DNA from: Malacoraja senta
Taxonomy: Eukaryota
Assembly (NCBI GenBank): GCA_038087875.1
Contig: CM075977.1
Location: 84,816,001-84,880,000, forward strand
Direction: 5' to 3'
Length of the DNA: 64,000 nt
Each line of letters starts with the position of its first letter. The stretch's first letter is position 1. This document shows positions 1 to 12,478 of this stretch, one piece after another. A program made the position numbers and the translations under genes. Under the pieces are notes generated by a model. It did no database searches. It was not told the DNA's origin and saw only the letters and a list, made by a program, of their open reading frames with translations.

Positions 1-75
1 GCAAGTGAACGTCTGCCTAACCTGAAAGGATCATCAGGGTCCCAGGACAGAGTCGAGGGAGGAGGTATAGGGACT
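1..75 (-). mobile_element. Penelope-like element fragment (linker/endonuclease region)
   Basis: Reverse strand resembles PYTSSLDSVLG...FQVRQTFTC and is similar to the fragment at 19650-19700. Confidence 0.55.
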
Positions 76-914
76 GTGCCTTTGCTCTAGCTGTGTCACT
101 CTGACTGTTCTCCAACTAGTATCTCAAGAAACCCATTGACGTGGTACTAACCTCCTGCAGATTTCTTGCATTCACACAGGTAAATCTGGCACTATATCTT
201 CACCTGTTGCACCGTGACACAGTTTTAGCAACTTTATTCATCTTAACGGAGAGGAACAGCCCTGTGAAGACTTTATTTATGTTGTTAGGAAGAGACTTCC
301 ACAATTTAAATTTAGTGTGTTTGATGCGATAATAAAATATTCCTAAATTAGAGTAGTATGTGACTTGCTCCCAGTGAAGTGTGCATGCATTCATACATCT
401 GCTACTCTCATCCTTTCTTGTGGTGGAGGTCACGTTTAGGAATTTGTTGGAGTAGACCAGGAGCACAACTGCATTTAGTAAATGGTATGCTATAACCATT
501 GTGTGGGCAATGGTGGAGGGAATGAAGTTTTAAGGTACAGCTGGAGTGCAAAGGAAGGTGGTTGCTTTGATCTGGATAGTGTTGAGGTACTCAAGTGTTT
601 TTGGAGTGGGATTCATCCAAACTTGTGTCGAGCAAACCATCGCACTCTGGACTTGTACTTTGGAAAGACTTCAGGCAGTCAGACACCTACCCTCTGACAT
701 GCCATCCTAGCTATTATTGTACTGACCGAGTATATGAAGGAAGCTGGGAATGTCAAGGATAGCCATCAATACTTATCAATTGATGTCTGTGTGTTACCTA
801 GACGTTCTCACACACAGGCAGAGATGGAGGACTGCAAATGGAATTAAACGTTGTGCAATTAGCAAATATCCCCATTTATGGCCCAGTGATGAGAAGATCC
901 TTGACCTACCAGTC

Positions 915-1315
915 AGCTCTCCTTTCCCCTTCTCTGTCTGCACATCTTCCACCCCTCAGTTTCCCATTTTCCTACCCCCCCCTCCCTCCCTATTCCCTTA
1001 CATCCACTATTCCTCCCTCCGATTCTACATCTTTAGTGCCTCAAACTTCCTTCTCAGATTCCACATCTGCTCCTTTTGATTTCACTTTACTATGTTACTT
1101 TTTGTTACTATCTGCACCTATCTGCCAATAATCCCACCTCACCTGAATCCACCTATCACTTGCTAGTTCTTGTCCCGACCCCTTCCCTTCACTTCTCTCT
1201 ACCAGCTTTCTCGCCTCTATCAGTCTGAAGAAGATTGGTTTCCAGACCAAAACACCACCTGTTTTCCCTCCACAGATGCCGCCTGGCCTGCTGAGTTCCT
1301 CCAGCACTTTGTGGT
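915..1315 (+). mobile_element. Penelope-like element 3' region with degenerate hammerhead motif
   Basis: Pyrimidine-rich tract, then CAGTCTGAAGAAG...AGATGCCGCCTGGCCTGCTGAGTTCCTCCAGCACTTTGTG, shared with other copies in the window. Confidence 0.65.
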
Positions 1316-1734
1316 TTATTCGGTATCACTGGTAAAGATGGTTCGGCCTAGGACACAAGGGACACCACTCTGAGGAAGCCCTGCAGTGTTGTCCAGGGCA
1401 AGGATGAGTAACCTCCAATAATCACCATCATTCTCCTTCAGGCTAGATAAACACCAGTCTTCATTCCATTGCACTCAGGCTACTACTTTAGACTTTGTCA
1501 AAAGTACACTTTGCCCACCTGCAGCACCACAGGAACTATTGACATTACACAAACATTTACTGCATTCTTGGTTCCTGAACCACTGAATAATGCAGATTCA
1601 GCATTTTAGTCGAATTCTACCAGTGTGTCTCTGCTACAAGAAGGCAGACACCATGCAGGACCTTTCAGCCTGAAGGGCCTTGACAGAGGATGAGTCCTTA
1701 TCCACCACTTTCCCCAGGCTCACCAACTGTCGAA

Positions 1735-2028
1735 GCAGTGGCAGGGTGGGTAGAGTTGCTCTCTCACAGGGACCCAGGTCAGATCCTGATCTCAGGTGCT
1801 GCCTGTGTGGAGTTTGCCCATTTGGATTGTGATTGTGTGGGTTTCCACAAGGTGCCTTGGTTTCCTCCCACATCCAGAGGATGTGCGTGTGGCCTCTGTA
1901 AATGGCCCTAGGTGTGCAGCGAGGAGGCAAAAATTGTATGACATGGAATTAGTGTAAACAGATCAATGGTCAGCATGGATTTGGTGGCCGATGGGCTTGT
2001 TTCCATGCTGTATCTTTAAATAAATAAA
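1735..2028 (+). mobile_element. tRNA-derived SINE (V-SINE/HE1-like)
   Basis: tRNA-like head, conserved core GTGGAGTTTG...GGTTTCCTCCCACATCC, tail GTTTCCATGCTGTATCT-TAAA repeats. Confidence 0.7.
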
Positions 2029-2599
2029 CTTTTGATGTTTCAGTCCAGCAGACCAAACCCAGTTCAATCTGGCAGATTTTATGGTTTATTTTAAGTAAAT
2101 AGTTTAAGGGATTTTCATAAAATGGTTGCTGTTAAGAGTTTTGCATTTTTGCCAGAAGCAGTTTTGGATCTCTAGCAGGGCAAAGACAGAAATGCTCAGA
2201 GTGCCACATTTCCGACATGCTTAGAAAACGATAAAAGTACAACAGCTGAAATTTCACAAGTTCAGCCGAAACTCAACTCCAGACTCAGATTCAAGAGATA
2301 GATAGTGGTAACCACATCCTTGGCGACTTCTTGATTTAAAAGGTCTTGTGTGAAGTCAGGAGCAAATCTCATAAAAGTGTTAGCTTGCTGCCGTCAAGGG
2401 GGTGCTAGAATGATGGGAGAGAACGCCACCTACTGCACAAGAGCTGCATGGCTGTACTGTGATGCTGTGCTGCATTGGAGCTTAGGTACTCATGCTGATT
2501 CACTGCAGAAATATTAAGGGTGGTAAGATTACTGGCTGGCATCTATCCATGTTAAGTTTGTATGTCCCATCATGACCCAAGGTTTACTTTAGTGCAACT

Positions 2600-2671
2600 C
2601 AATTAAAAACAAAAAGCAAAATTCAAAGGAATTAAATTTTATTAAACATCGCAATAACAGGATTCTTTATT
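2600..2671 (-). terminator. Putative distal polyadenylation site
   Basis: Minus-strand AATAAA at 2666-2671 and 2638-2643, followed by U/GU-rich TTGAATTTTGCTTTTTGTTTTTAATTG. Another AATAAA lies at 4544-4549. Confidence 0.6.
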
Positions 2672-4715
2672 TACAACAGCATTATTTAACATCAAGTAAG
2701 CAAATGACATCAGCAAAAGCAATATTAGTTAACAACTTGCATAAATGTATTTAATTTCTTTGAATATACCTAAATTGGCATAGAATGCTCACAATAAGGA
2801 TACAAAAATGGATGCCAGAAGAAAAAAAGTTGTTTAGTGTGAACTAAAAAAAAATACATCTCTGAACTTGCAAACACTGTAAGCCTTCTGCCGAAGAACC
2901 TTACTTTACATATTGCTTAGAATTTGCAATCTGCCAATATACACCACTCAGAGACTTGGGGGAGAAAACAAACATTTTACAAATAGTGCCCCACTACTGA
3001 CCACAAAAGGAACAAAGTAACATTGAAAAAAAAAACTAAGCAATAATCATGGGTCCATATTGCAGTAGGCAACCATTATTTCTAATTATCTGACAACAAA
3101 AATTAATAACTGATGACACATCCAAAAATTTTACACAATTCACTATACAAACAATATAATACAACAAACAGCTGCTAGGAATATACAGGACATAAAAACA
3201 TATCTAAGGCATTATGCTAAGTTATAGCATTTGAGGTTCCTGCACTGTACTAAGAAATTGACGGATCTTACAAAACAAAGTCAAGCTCTAAATGAAAAAG
3301 TAGACGGGATTTGCCTATCAAATTGAAAATCCATAGAATTGTTTGTGCAGAGAATTTGTCTGCATCCAGTCAACAATCAACTGTGTAGAAATACTATAAA
3401 ATGATGTTGAACCACACCAACACACCATGGCTTAGCTGTATTTTAAAATCAACTCAGTGAAATCTTTGGATTTTGCAAACGGAGTCGTATCGCCTTGCTT
3501 GTCTGCAATGTACAGCACTACATAGTTCTTAAATGTTAGTTTTGATTCCATACTTTAAGTCTGTTAGAGGGAAAATGTTATGATTGAACACAATGCAATC
3601 AGAGAGATTTTGCTTCCCAATGAAATTAGCTCCCATGATCCTCTTCCCAAGAGAGTAGACCTTTAAGCATTCAAATTTAGAGAAGATATACATTTGGGTT
3701 ACAGTGCACAGAGTTTAAATGATCATGTGAAACAAACCTACCCTACCCTTCAGAGTTCTGTGTTTTAATCTTTTGGCTCTGTAGGCAACTACACAGTGGT
3801 TATTTGCACAATTCCAACAGTAATACACCCAGTCATAAACCATATATTTTAAATTAAAGCAAAGATACAAAATAGGATAAATACAGAAAACTTATTAGAT
3901 TATTACATGATGTTCCCATAGACATAAATGCAAAGGTCTAGGCTCTAAATGCTTGCAAAATTAATTGCCTGCATTTCAGAAAACTTTTCTAATTCACAGC
4001 AGTATTTACATAAAGCTATATACCAAAGCAATCTGAAACACAATGATGTTATCTGAACACACAGAAAGAATACATTTCTTTATCAAATGAACAATCTGCA
4101 GCTGAGATGTGGCAGCTCACCTTTCTAAAAGCAACTGTTGAGGCAAAAACAACTGTTGAGGCAAAAACAGGTCTGCATTCAGTGTCTGTACAGTGATCAA
4201 TATGATCAGTGTGGGTTTTGGGCTTTAAATGACAGCATGCTCCATACAGCCTGACACACAAGCACAGAGGTATCAGGACTCAGAATGTTACAGCTCAAGA
4301 GAGAAGCTATGTAATAAAACACCCACTTCCAACCCATTTAACAAATTTTCCAATGTATTCATAATATTAGACTGAGAGAAGCTATATGGACCAGAGTAGC
4401 AGTTTGTAGTTTTGGCATGATATTTGCATGTTTGAAAATCTAAAAATGGTTGCAAAATATCTATCAGAAAACCAGTTAAGTTACTGGCCTTATAAATGCT
4501 ACTGAAACAGGCTTGTTCACTACCTATCAAGGCATCATGATTCTTTATTTACAAAATAAACCAGAGACACTGCTGCTAAGGTATCTAATGTAATACTGTA
4601 GTACCTCACATTAAATCAGCAGCATAAGAATTTTACTTCATCAAAATTCTACAAGTATGTAAAACATAATGCTCTCAAGTAAGTTATTGCTTGGTTACAT
4701 ACAGGCTCTTATATA

Positions 4716-6328
4716 CAGTGCCCTCCATAATGTTTGGGACAAAGATCCATTATTTATTTATTTGCCTCTGTACTCCACAATTTGAGATTTGTAATAGAAA
4801 TAAAAATGTGGTTAAAGTGCACATTGTCAGATTTTATAAAAGGCCATTTTTATACATTTTGGTTTCAACATGTAGAAATTACAGCTGTGGTTACACATAG
4901 TCTCCCCATTGCAGGGCACCATGTTTGGGACACATGGCTTCACAGGTATTTGTAATTGCTCAGGTGTGTTTAATTGCCTCCTTAATGCAGGTGTACGAGA
5001 GCTCTCAGCACCAAGTCTTTCCATCATCTTCGGAAACTCTTATTGCTGATAATTTACATGAGGTTGTGCCAATGAAAGTCAAAGAAGCCATTATGAGACT
5101 GAGAAACAAGAATAAAACTGTTAGATACATCAGCCAAACCTTAGGCCTACTGAAATCAACTGTTTGGAACATCACTAAGAAGAAAGAGAGCACTGGTGAG
5201 CTTACTAATCGCAAAGGGACTGGCAGGCCAAGGAAGACCTCCACAGCTGATGACAGAAGAATTCTCTCTATAATAAAGAAAAAAAACCAAACACCTGACG
5301 GACAGATCAGAAACTCTTCAGCAGTGGATTTGTCAATGACCACTGTCCGCAGGAGACTTAATGAACAGAAATAGAGGCTACCCTGCAAGATGCAAACCAT
5401 TGGTTAGCTGCAAAAATAGGATGGTCGGGTTACAGTTTGCCAAGAAGTACTTAAGAGAGCAACCACAGTTCTGGAAAAAGGTCTTGTGGACAGATGAGAT
5501 GAAGATTAACTTATATAAGAGTGATGGCAAGTGTAAAGTATGGAGAAGAGAAGGAACTACCCAAGATCCAAAGCATACAACCTCATCTGTGAAACACGGT
5601 GGTGGGGGTGTTATGGCCTGGGCATGTATGGCTGCTGAAGGTACTGGCTCACTTATCTTCATTGCTGATACAACTGCTGATGGTAGTACCATAATGAATT
5701 CTGAACTGTAAAGACACATCCTATCTGCTCAAGTTCAAACAAATGCCTCAAAATTCATTGGCTGGCGGTTCATTCTACAGCAAGACAATGATCCCAAACA
5801 TACTGCTAAATCAACAAAGGAGTTTTGCAAAGCTAAAAAATGGTGAATTCTTGAGTGGCCAAGTCAATCATCTGATCTGAACCCAATTGAGCATGCCTTT
5901 AAATGCAAAAGAGAAAACTGAAGGGGAATAGCTCCCAAAACAAGCATAAGCTAAAGATGGCTGCAATACAGGCCCGGCAGAGCATCAACAGAGAAGACAC
6001 CCAGCTGGTGATGTCCATGAATCGCAGACTTCAAGCAGTCATTGCATGCAAAGGATATGCAACAAAATACTAAACAGGACTACTTTCATTTACATGACAT
6101 TGGTGTGTCCCAAACATTATGGTGCCCTGAAATGGGGGGGACTATGTATAAACACTGCTGTAATTTCTACATGGTGAAACCAAAATGTATAAAAATGGGC
6201 TTTATACAATCTGACAATGTGCACTTTAACCCCATGTGATTTTTTTCTATTACAAATCTCAAATTATGGAGTATAGAGGCAAATAAATAAATGATGGGTC
6301 TTTGTCGCAAACATTATGGAGAGCACTG
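4716..6328 (+). mobile_element. Tc1-family (DD34E, IR/DR type) DNA transposon, copy 1, defective
   Basis: TA|CAGTGCCCTCCATAATGTTTGGGAC...CATTATGGAGAGCACTG|TA; ~220 bp TIRs; transposase fragments with GRPR, WTDE, QQDNDPKH, DLNPIE; frameshifts and stops. Confidence 0.96.
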
Positions 6329-8894
6329 TAGCTAACTGCTTTCCAAAAGTCATTGCATCTTATTTTTTATAAAATACTGTACCATATGAAAATGTTATGG
6401 CTGTTTGTGTTCTCTTATCTGATCCTAGATCTACACAATTTTGCTTTTTGAAACTGCCGCTGACTTTGGGAAATTGTAATGAAGCACTGGGTTTCTGAAG
6501 CTTATAAAACAGTCCGTCCTCTCAGCACAATATAACTGCATTGAACAATTAGTTTAGAATAATAGGCTAGACGAGTCTGTAATACCGTTAAATTTTATGT
6601 CTCACAATGCAAGCATTACTATCCCATGCATAAACTCAACTAAACACACCAGAAGCAAAGTCATGAGTGTAAAGTCATGAATTTAATAGTTATAACAATC
6701 TGGTCTAATATGCATGATAGGATAGCATTGTTGGAACTAAACTGCATTGAATACGTAGCCTCAATGGAACCGCCGACATTGTAGTATTTGGTATATTGTG
6801 TGAGTAAATGTCACAATTATATCTGCTTAATTCTTCAAAGCTAAAAGCTTTTTAATGTCTACATAACAAATGCAGTATGGAAAAGACCCATACTAACCCC
6901 ATGCCCACACATTAAAAGGAAACTCAACAAACTCTTAATAAATTCCAAATCTATTCACAATTGTCACTAGAATGAGTAGCCCAAGATACGTTTGCTCAGA
7001 ATTCTGTATTAAGAGTAAAAACCACATGACTTGATACCAGAAATGCAATAAACCAGGTAATGCAAATATTGGTTCTGCACACAAGATGGGATGCACCATT
7101 TAATGAGTTTCTTGTAAAATGTTGATCAAGTTTTACGTGCGTGACTCGTAATAGAAGCTTCTGCTCTTTGTACAGTTCGGTCCCAAACCAATTGATTGTT
7201 CAGGGACAATTAAAGAGTATAAAAAATATTAGATTAGTAATACTTTGCTAGATTAGAGATGCAACATTAAATGATTATGAATCAGCAGTGAGGCCAGGCA
7301 CAGGATGCCACCTATTTCAGAAATCCAGTAAAAAAAATTCTCCTGAAGATTCTCATTTCCGCATTATGTCTTAGCTGCCTGTATACCTGTGTTTGCTTCT
7401 ATCAATGAAGATGAACAACTTATCTCCTGAAGAACACATTGTACAAAATGGGAAAGCAAGGTACACCAAGAAAAGGAGAGAATACATTTGATCTTTGCTT
7501 TTGTTATTTTGCCATTGCAGAATTTTTTGAAAGAAAAGAAGTGGAGAAATCCTTAGCAAATGCCAGTGATGCTCCTGAACTCCACCCAGCACCCCAGCCT
7601 GTCTGTGGGAGAGTGTGAATCATATTGCTCATCTCTGGTGGACAGAGATAAAGCCAGCAAGGGAGAATGGTCTGCAAGAGGCCAACCTGTCATTTTGGAA
7701 AGGCCAATACTGTTGCCACTACCACTGAAGCACAACCTAAGAGAGGCAAACAGTAAGGCTCAGAAGAAGGGAAGATGGTGAAGGAGAGAAGGAAGCTGGC
7801 CTTCAGTTCCAAGGAGGCCAATTTCATGTAGGGATTTTTGTTGTGAGAATACCAGATGTTGCTAGGAGAATAGTAATGTGGACTGGGTGAACAACATACA
7901 CTTGCAATGAGGATATGACTACAAATTCCTGCCTTTTTTAAAGATGGATTATGCAGCTCGTGATGGGATTGAATTGGGGCTATGGGCTTTCCTGAGACAG
8001 TCCGAATGACTGAGAGAAATCTATTCTGCATTTTGGGCACGGGTATCGACATACGTCTCCATCGCTGGTAGGCCATGGGAACTAGCACGGAGATTTGACC
8101 TGAATGTGAATGAAAGAAAGTAGTAAAAATGAGCCACAGATTTGATAACTTTACTAGATCTGTAACATGGCAAGGATCAAAATGGTCTTATTTACTGCTA
8201 TGCAATCGTTAAGATGATTCGGTAATTTTGTGTTTTCTGTCGACATGCAACAATTACTGTCAGATAAGTTATTCTGGTGTGAGAGGTGGGGCTCTACAGA
8301 GCTGATAACGTTTAATAGGTAGCCTCAGTCTGCAGAGCCAAATGATTATAATATTTAAATGTAATGAAAAACAGTCAAAAATTTCATGCACCCTGGATAT
8401 TGAGCCATGACTGCAGAACACACAGAGCATGAAGAGATAATGCACCAAAACACCTTTGCTAACACACTAACAACCCACCAGGTCTATTCCCCATTTGGTT
8501 TCATGTAAAACATAAAGCAATTTCATATTCCATTTAGATACCTTCCAAACCAAATTCTTTATTCTTACATTATTCAGCTTATTGGTAAGTTTATTTATAT
8601 TCACAGCAGAACCTTTTAAAGAAAGGCTTCATTTCTAAATACTGTTGAAGGGAAACATGGCTGAAAGCCTGCACACTGGATTAAATAGCAGAAAAGTCAG
8701 CAACCACTGAAGATCAAAAAAAAGCGCAAAGAGCTGATCATTCTGCAAAACGACGATAGAAATACATTCATCGGACAAGGTTCAAAGCCGATGTCAATCT
8801 GTTGTGAGGACAGACTTAAGTCACACTTATGGTGAATGCAATTAATGGACAAAGCAACTTCGGTAGGCAAGTACGTTGCTACTAAGGAGCCTGT

Positions 8895-9063
8895 CTCTGT
8901 TAGCAACACTTGTAACAGGAATTTCTCTGAGACTGGCTGAGAGTTCAATTGGCTGCTGCACTTTTCTTGGCTTGATCTGGTGGAGCTTGTTTGTTGGTAT
9001 AATTGTTACCACCTAAATGTTGACCTTGCACTGTACATCAGCAAGCACGTGGACCTTCTGGAC
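8895..9063 (-). pseudogene. Frameshifted SRC-1a-like alternative C-terminal coding segment inside the NCOA2 terminal exon
   Basis: Acceptor ctcctgtcttcaactag|GTC gives VQKVHVLADVQCKVNI*. The -1 frame continues LGGNNYTNKQ...; a second -1 frame gives SQPVSEKFLLQVLLTE. This matches the recalled NCOA1 isoform-a tail VQQVQVFADVQCTVNLVGGDPY...KSLLQQLLTE. Confidence 0.8.
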
Positions 9064-9098
9064 CTAGTTGAAGACAGGAGGAATAGCAATCCAGAGGG

Positions 9099-9110
9099 TC
9101 AGCAATATTT
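9099..9110 (-). CDS. NCOA2: NCOA2 terminal coding exon segment, KYC-stop
   Basis: Acceptor gcttttcaatcttgcag|AAA TAT TGC TGA. KYC* is the C-terminus of vertebrate NCOA2 and NCOA3; the phase matches the exon 21 donor. Confidence 0.93.
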   Translation of the reverse strand, partial: KYC

Positions 9111-10084
9111 CTGCAAGATTGAAAAGCATGAAATACATTTTTAATTAACAGAAATAAGACACAATATACCATTATAAAGAGTAAAAGCAGTGGATTCAGA
9201 ACAGTAAGTGACTTTGGAAAATGAGAAACCAACTATTTTTTCTGGTCTTTATGCTTTTTTTAGACACATTAAAAATAGTTTGCATACCATATAATAAACT
9301 TTCCAATTGCTTGAATTATTATGCTCAAATCATTTTTAAAAAACTCAACGATATTAAAACCATTACAGTGCATTCATTATGTGCAGTATACACTTGATAT
9401 TTTTAGTTTACATTTCTTGCTTCGTGTCCTAGTTAAGGATATGTTCAGGAGCAGTCAAGGAGTTAACAAGCCAGGGCTGGATAAACAATATTACAGTTTA
9501 AATGTTTTAAAATATAACGTTTTAGTCAACTCATCCCTGCTTTAAAAAAAACTATAGACTGAATTGAATGGATTTTTAAAAAACAGGAATGCGTTTTGAC
9601 TTTTTGCTTTTACTATTCACTATTAGTTAGTTAATAAATCTCTGTTTTACTAATGGAACACAATTAATTATTTATTGCAACTTGTTATTGTAGCACTCTT
9701 GCAATAAATCTTTCCTCCTAAAATAACAAAAAGTTTAATTCACATCAGCAGTAACAACCATCATCCAAAAGGCAACCCGTGTGCTAAATATCTAATGTTA
9801 TCTGTTTTAAGATTTGTAATTTGGCAATAAAAGCCGGTAACACAATAATATCCCACCATGCATTGGTGAAGCTTGGCTTCCATTCAACTTAGATAGAGAT
9901 AAAATTACCTCTTTTATTCAAATGCAAATTAACTAGAATTTATTTAAGGAATTAATCCATAGGCCAAATGAGCAATTTCAGATAGACCATTTGGATAAGA
10001 AATGATACAATCCTCACTTTGGAGCTGTGCTGAAAGAGAGTCACTGCAGGTATGATGCTTCTTCCTATTCCTACCATCTATGAG

Positions 10085-10420
10085 GCAGGGTCTCCCAGTT
10101 GCCAAACACTTTAACTCCCCTTCCCATATGACCTTTCTGTCCTGGGCCTCATCCACTGTCAGTGAGGCCAAAGGCAAATTGGAGGAACAGCACCTCATAT
10201 TTTGCTTGAGCAGCTTACAACATAGCAGGATGAGTATTGATTTCTCTAAATTCAAGTAACCCTTGCATTCCCTCTCTCTCGGTCCCTCCCACACCCTAGT
10301 CATCCTACTAGTTTCACTGCTGTCCTGCTGAATTTCACCTTTTCACTTTCTAGTTTTACTAATTATAACCTTCTTCACAGCAACAGTGGACCATTGTGGG
10401 CTCCACCTTTCCTTGATCAT
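10085..10420 (+). mobile_element. Penelope-like element, GIY-YIG endonuclease C-terminal fragment
   Basis: Degenerate LPVAKHFNSPSH..DLSVLGLIHC..EAKGKLEEQHLIFCL...GMSIDFSKFK*, typical of the PLE ORF end. Confidence 0.75.
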
Positions 10421-10842
10421 TTTCATACAAAAGCACGTAGAGAATACAAATAACTCTGAACTTTATGAACCATATGTGCAGGTGACAATATATAAGAAAT
10501 AACTAAGGAAGTGACCAGAAACAAAACCTATGTATAGGATTTTTCTAGGAGCAATTATTTAAAGAGCATTAAGATTTAAATTCTTAAGATTATACATAAT
10601 ATGTACTACAAATCTATGCTGATATAGTCAAGGATTTTACAGGGCTATAAACTGGGCATTAGATGATGTACATTAGGTCCAAGAATTAATTGTGCAGTTG
10701 TAAAACTAATTACTTTGTGATTCAGCCCCGTCCCTTAACTGAATATCCACTTAAATAATTTATCTACTTCATAATAAACTCAAAGTACGCTTATTGCGAC
10801 TTTAATTGCATTTGGGTAGTCATGGTACTTAATGTGAAGATA

Positions 10843-12478
10843 CAGTGCCCTCCATAATGTTTGGGGCAAAGACCCATCATTTATTTATTTGCCTCTGTAC
10901 TCCACAGTTTGAGATTTGTAATAGAAAAAATCACATGTGGTTAAAGTGCACATTGTCAGATTTTATTAAAGGGTATTTTTATACATTTTGGTTTCACCAT
11001 GTAGAAATTACAGCTGTGTTTATACATGGTCCCCCCCATTTCAGGGCACCATCATGTTTGGGACACATGGCTTCACAGATATTTGTAATTGCTCAGGTGT
11101 GTTTAATTGCTTCCTCAATGCAGGTATAAGATAACTCTCAGCACCTGGTCTTTCCTCCAGTCTTTCCATCACCTTTGGAAACTTTTATTGCTGTTTATCA
11201 ACATGAGGACCAAAGTTGAGCCAATGAAAGTCAAAGAAGCCATTATGAGACTTAGATACAAGATTAAACTATTAGAGACATCAGCCAAACATTAGGCTTA
11301 CCAAAATCAACTGTTTCGAACATCATTAAAAAGAAAGAGAGCACTGGTGAGCTTACTTATTGCAAAGGGACTGGCAAGCCAAGGAAGACCTCCATAGCTG
11401 ATGACAGAAGAATTCTCTCTATAATAAAGAAAAATCCCCAAACACCTGTCCGACAGATCAGAAACACTCTTCAGGAGTCAGATGTGGATTTGTCTATGAC
11501 CACTGTCCGCAGAAGCCTTCATGAACAGAAATACAGAGGCTACACTGCAAGACACAAACTACTGGTTGCCAAGAAGTACTTAAGAGAGCAACCACAGTTC
11601 TGGAAAAAGGTCTTGTGGCCAGATGAGACGAAGATTAACTTATATCAGAGTGATGGCAAGAGCAAAGTATGGAGGAGAGAAGGAACTGCCCAAGATCCAA
11701 AGCATACCACCTCATCTGTGAAACACGGTGGTGGGGGTGTTATGGCCTGGGCATGTATGGTTGCTGAAGGTACTGGCTCACTTATCTTCATGAATGATAC
11801 AACTGCTGATGGTAGTAGTATAATGAATTCTGAAGTGTATAGACACATCCTATCCCCTCAAGTTCAAACAAATGCCTCAAAACTCATTGACCGGCGATTC
11901 ATTCTACAGCAAGACAATGATCCCAAACATACTGCTAAAGCAACAAAGGAGTTTTCCAAAGCTAAAAAATTGTCAATTCTTGAGTGGCCAAGTCAATCAC
12001 CTGATCTGAACCCAATTAAGCATGCCTCTTATATGCTGAAGAGAAAACTGAACTGGGACTAGCCCCCAAATCAAGCATAAGCTAAAGATGGCTGCAATAC
12101 AGGCCTGGCAGAGCATCACCAGAGAAGACACCCAGCAACTGGTGATGTCCATGAATCGCAGACTTCAAGCAGTCATTGCATACAAAGGATATGCAACAAA
12201 ATACTAAACATGACATTGCTGTGTCCCAAACATTATGGTGCCCTGAAATGGGTGGGGGGGGGGGGGGGGGGGGGAGGGGGGTGTCGGGACTATGTATAAA
12301 CACTGCTGTAATTTCTACATGGTGAAACCAAAATGTATAAAAATGGCCTTTATTACAATCTGACAACGTGCACTTTAACCACATGTGATTTTTTTTCTAT
12401 TACAAATCTCGAATTGTGGAGTACAGAGGCAAATAAATAAATGATGTGTCTTTGTCCCAAACATTATGGAGGGCACTG
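10843..12478 (+). mobile_element. Tc1-family transposon, copy 2, defective
   Basis: Same TIRs with TA TSD. ORF 11484-12062 has WPDE, QQDNDPKH and SPDLNPIK (catalytic E to K); frameshifted N-terminus. Confidence 0.96.

Larger units (their letters stand above)
2620..9098 (-). other. NCOA2: Probable long 3' UTR of NCOA2
   Basis: AT-rich sequence following the stop, nearly repeat-free apart from one Tc1, ending at paired AATAAA signals with a downstream U-rich tract. The end point is inferred. Confidence 0.6.

Noticed and set aside
4127-4168. 18-bp tandem duplication (similar short ones at ~33988-34020 and ~41580-41616)
   Set aside because: Ordinary slippage duplications with no evident function.
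7802-7846. Minus-strand SQQKSLHEIGLLGTE, faintly like the SRC-1a end QQKSLLQQLLTE
   Set aside because: No LxxLL, bounded by stops, and a much better homologue exists at 8895-9063; probably chance.
7690-8088. 132-aa ORF in the 3' UTR region
   Set aside because: No ATG start, no recognisable homology, and its frame does not match the phase-0 upstream donor.
11484-12062. Possible active or domesticated transposase
   Set aside because: Catalytic Glu changed to Lys, N-terminus frameshifted and C-terminus truncated.
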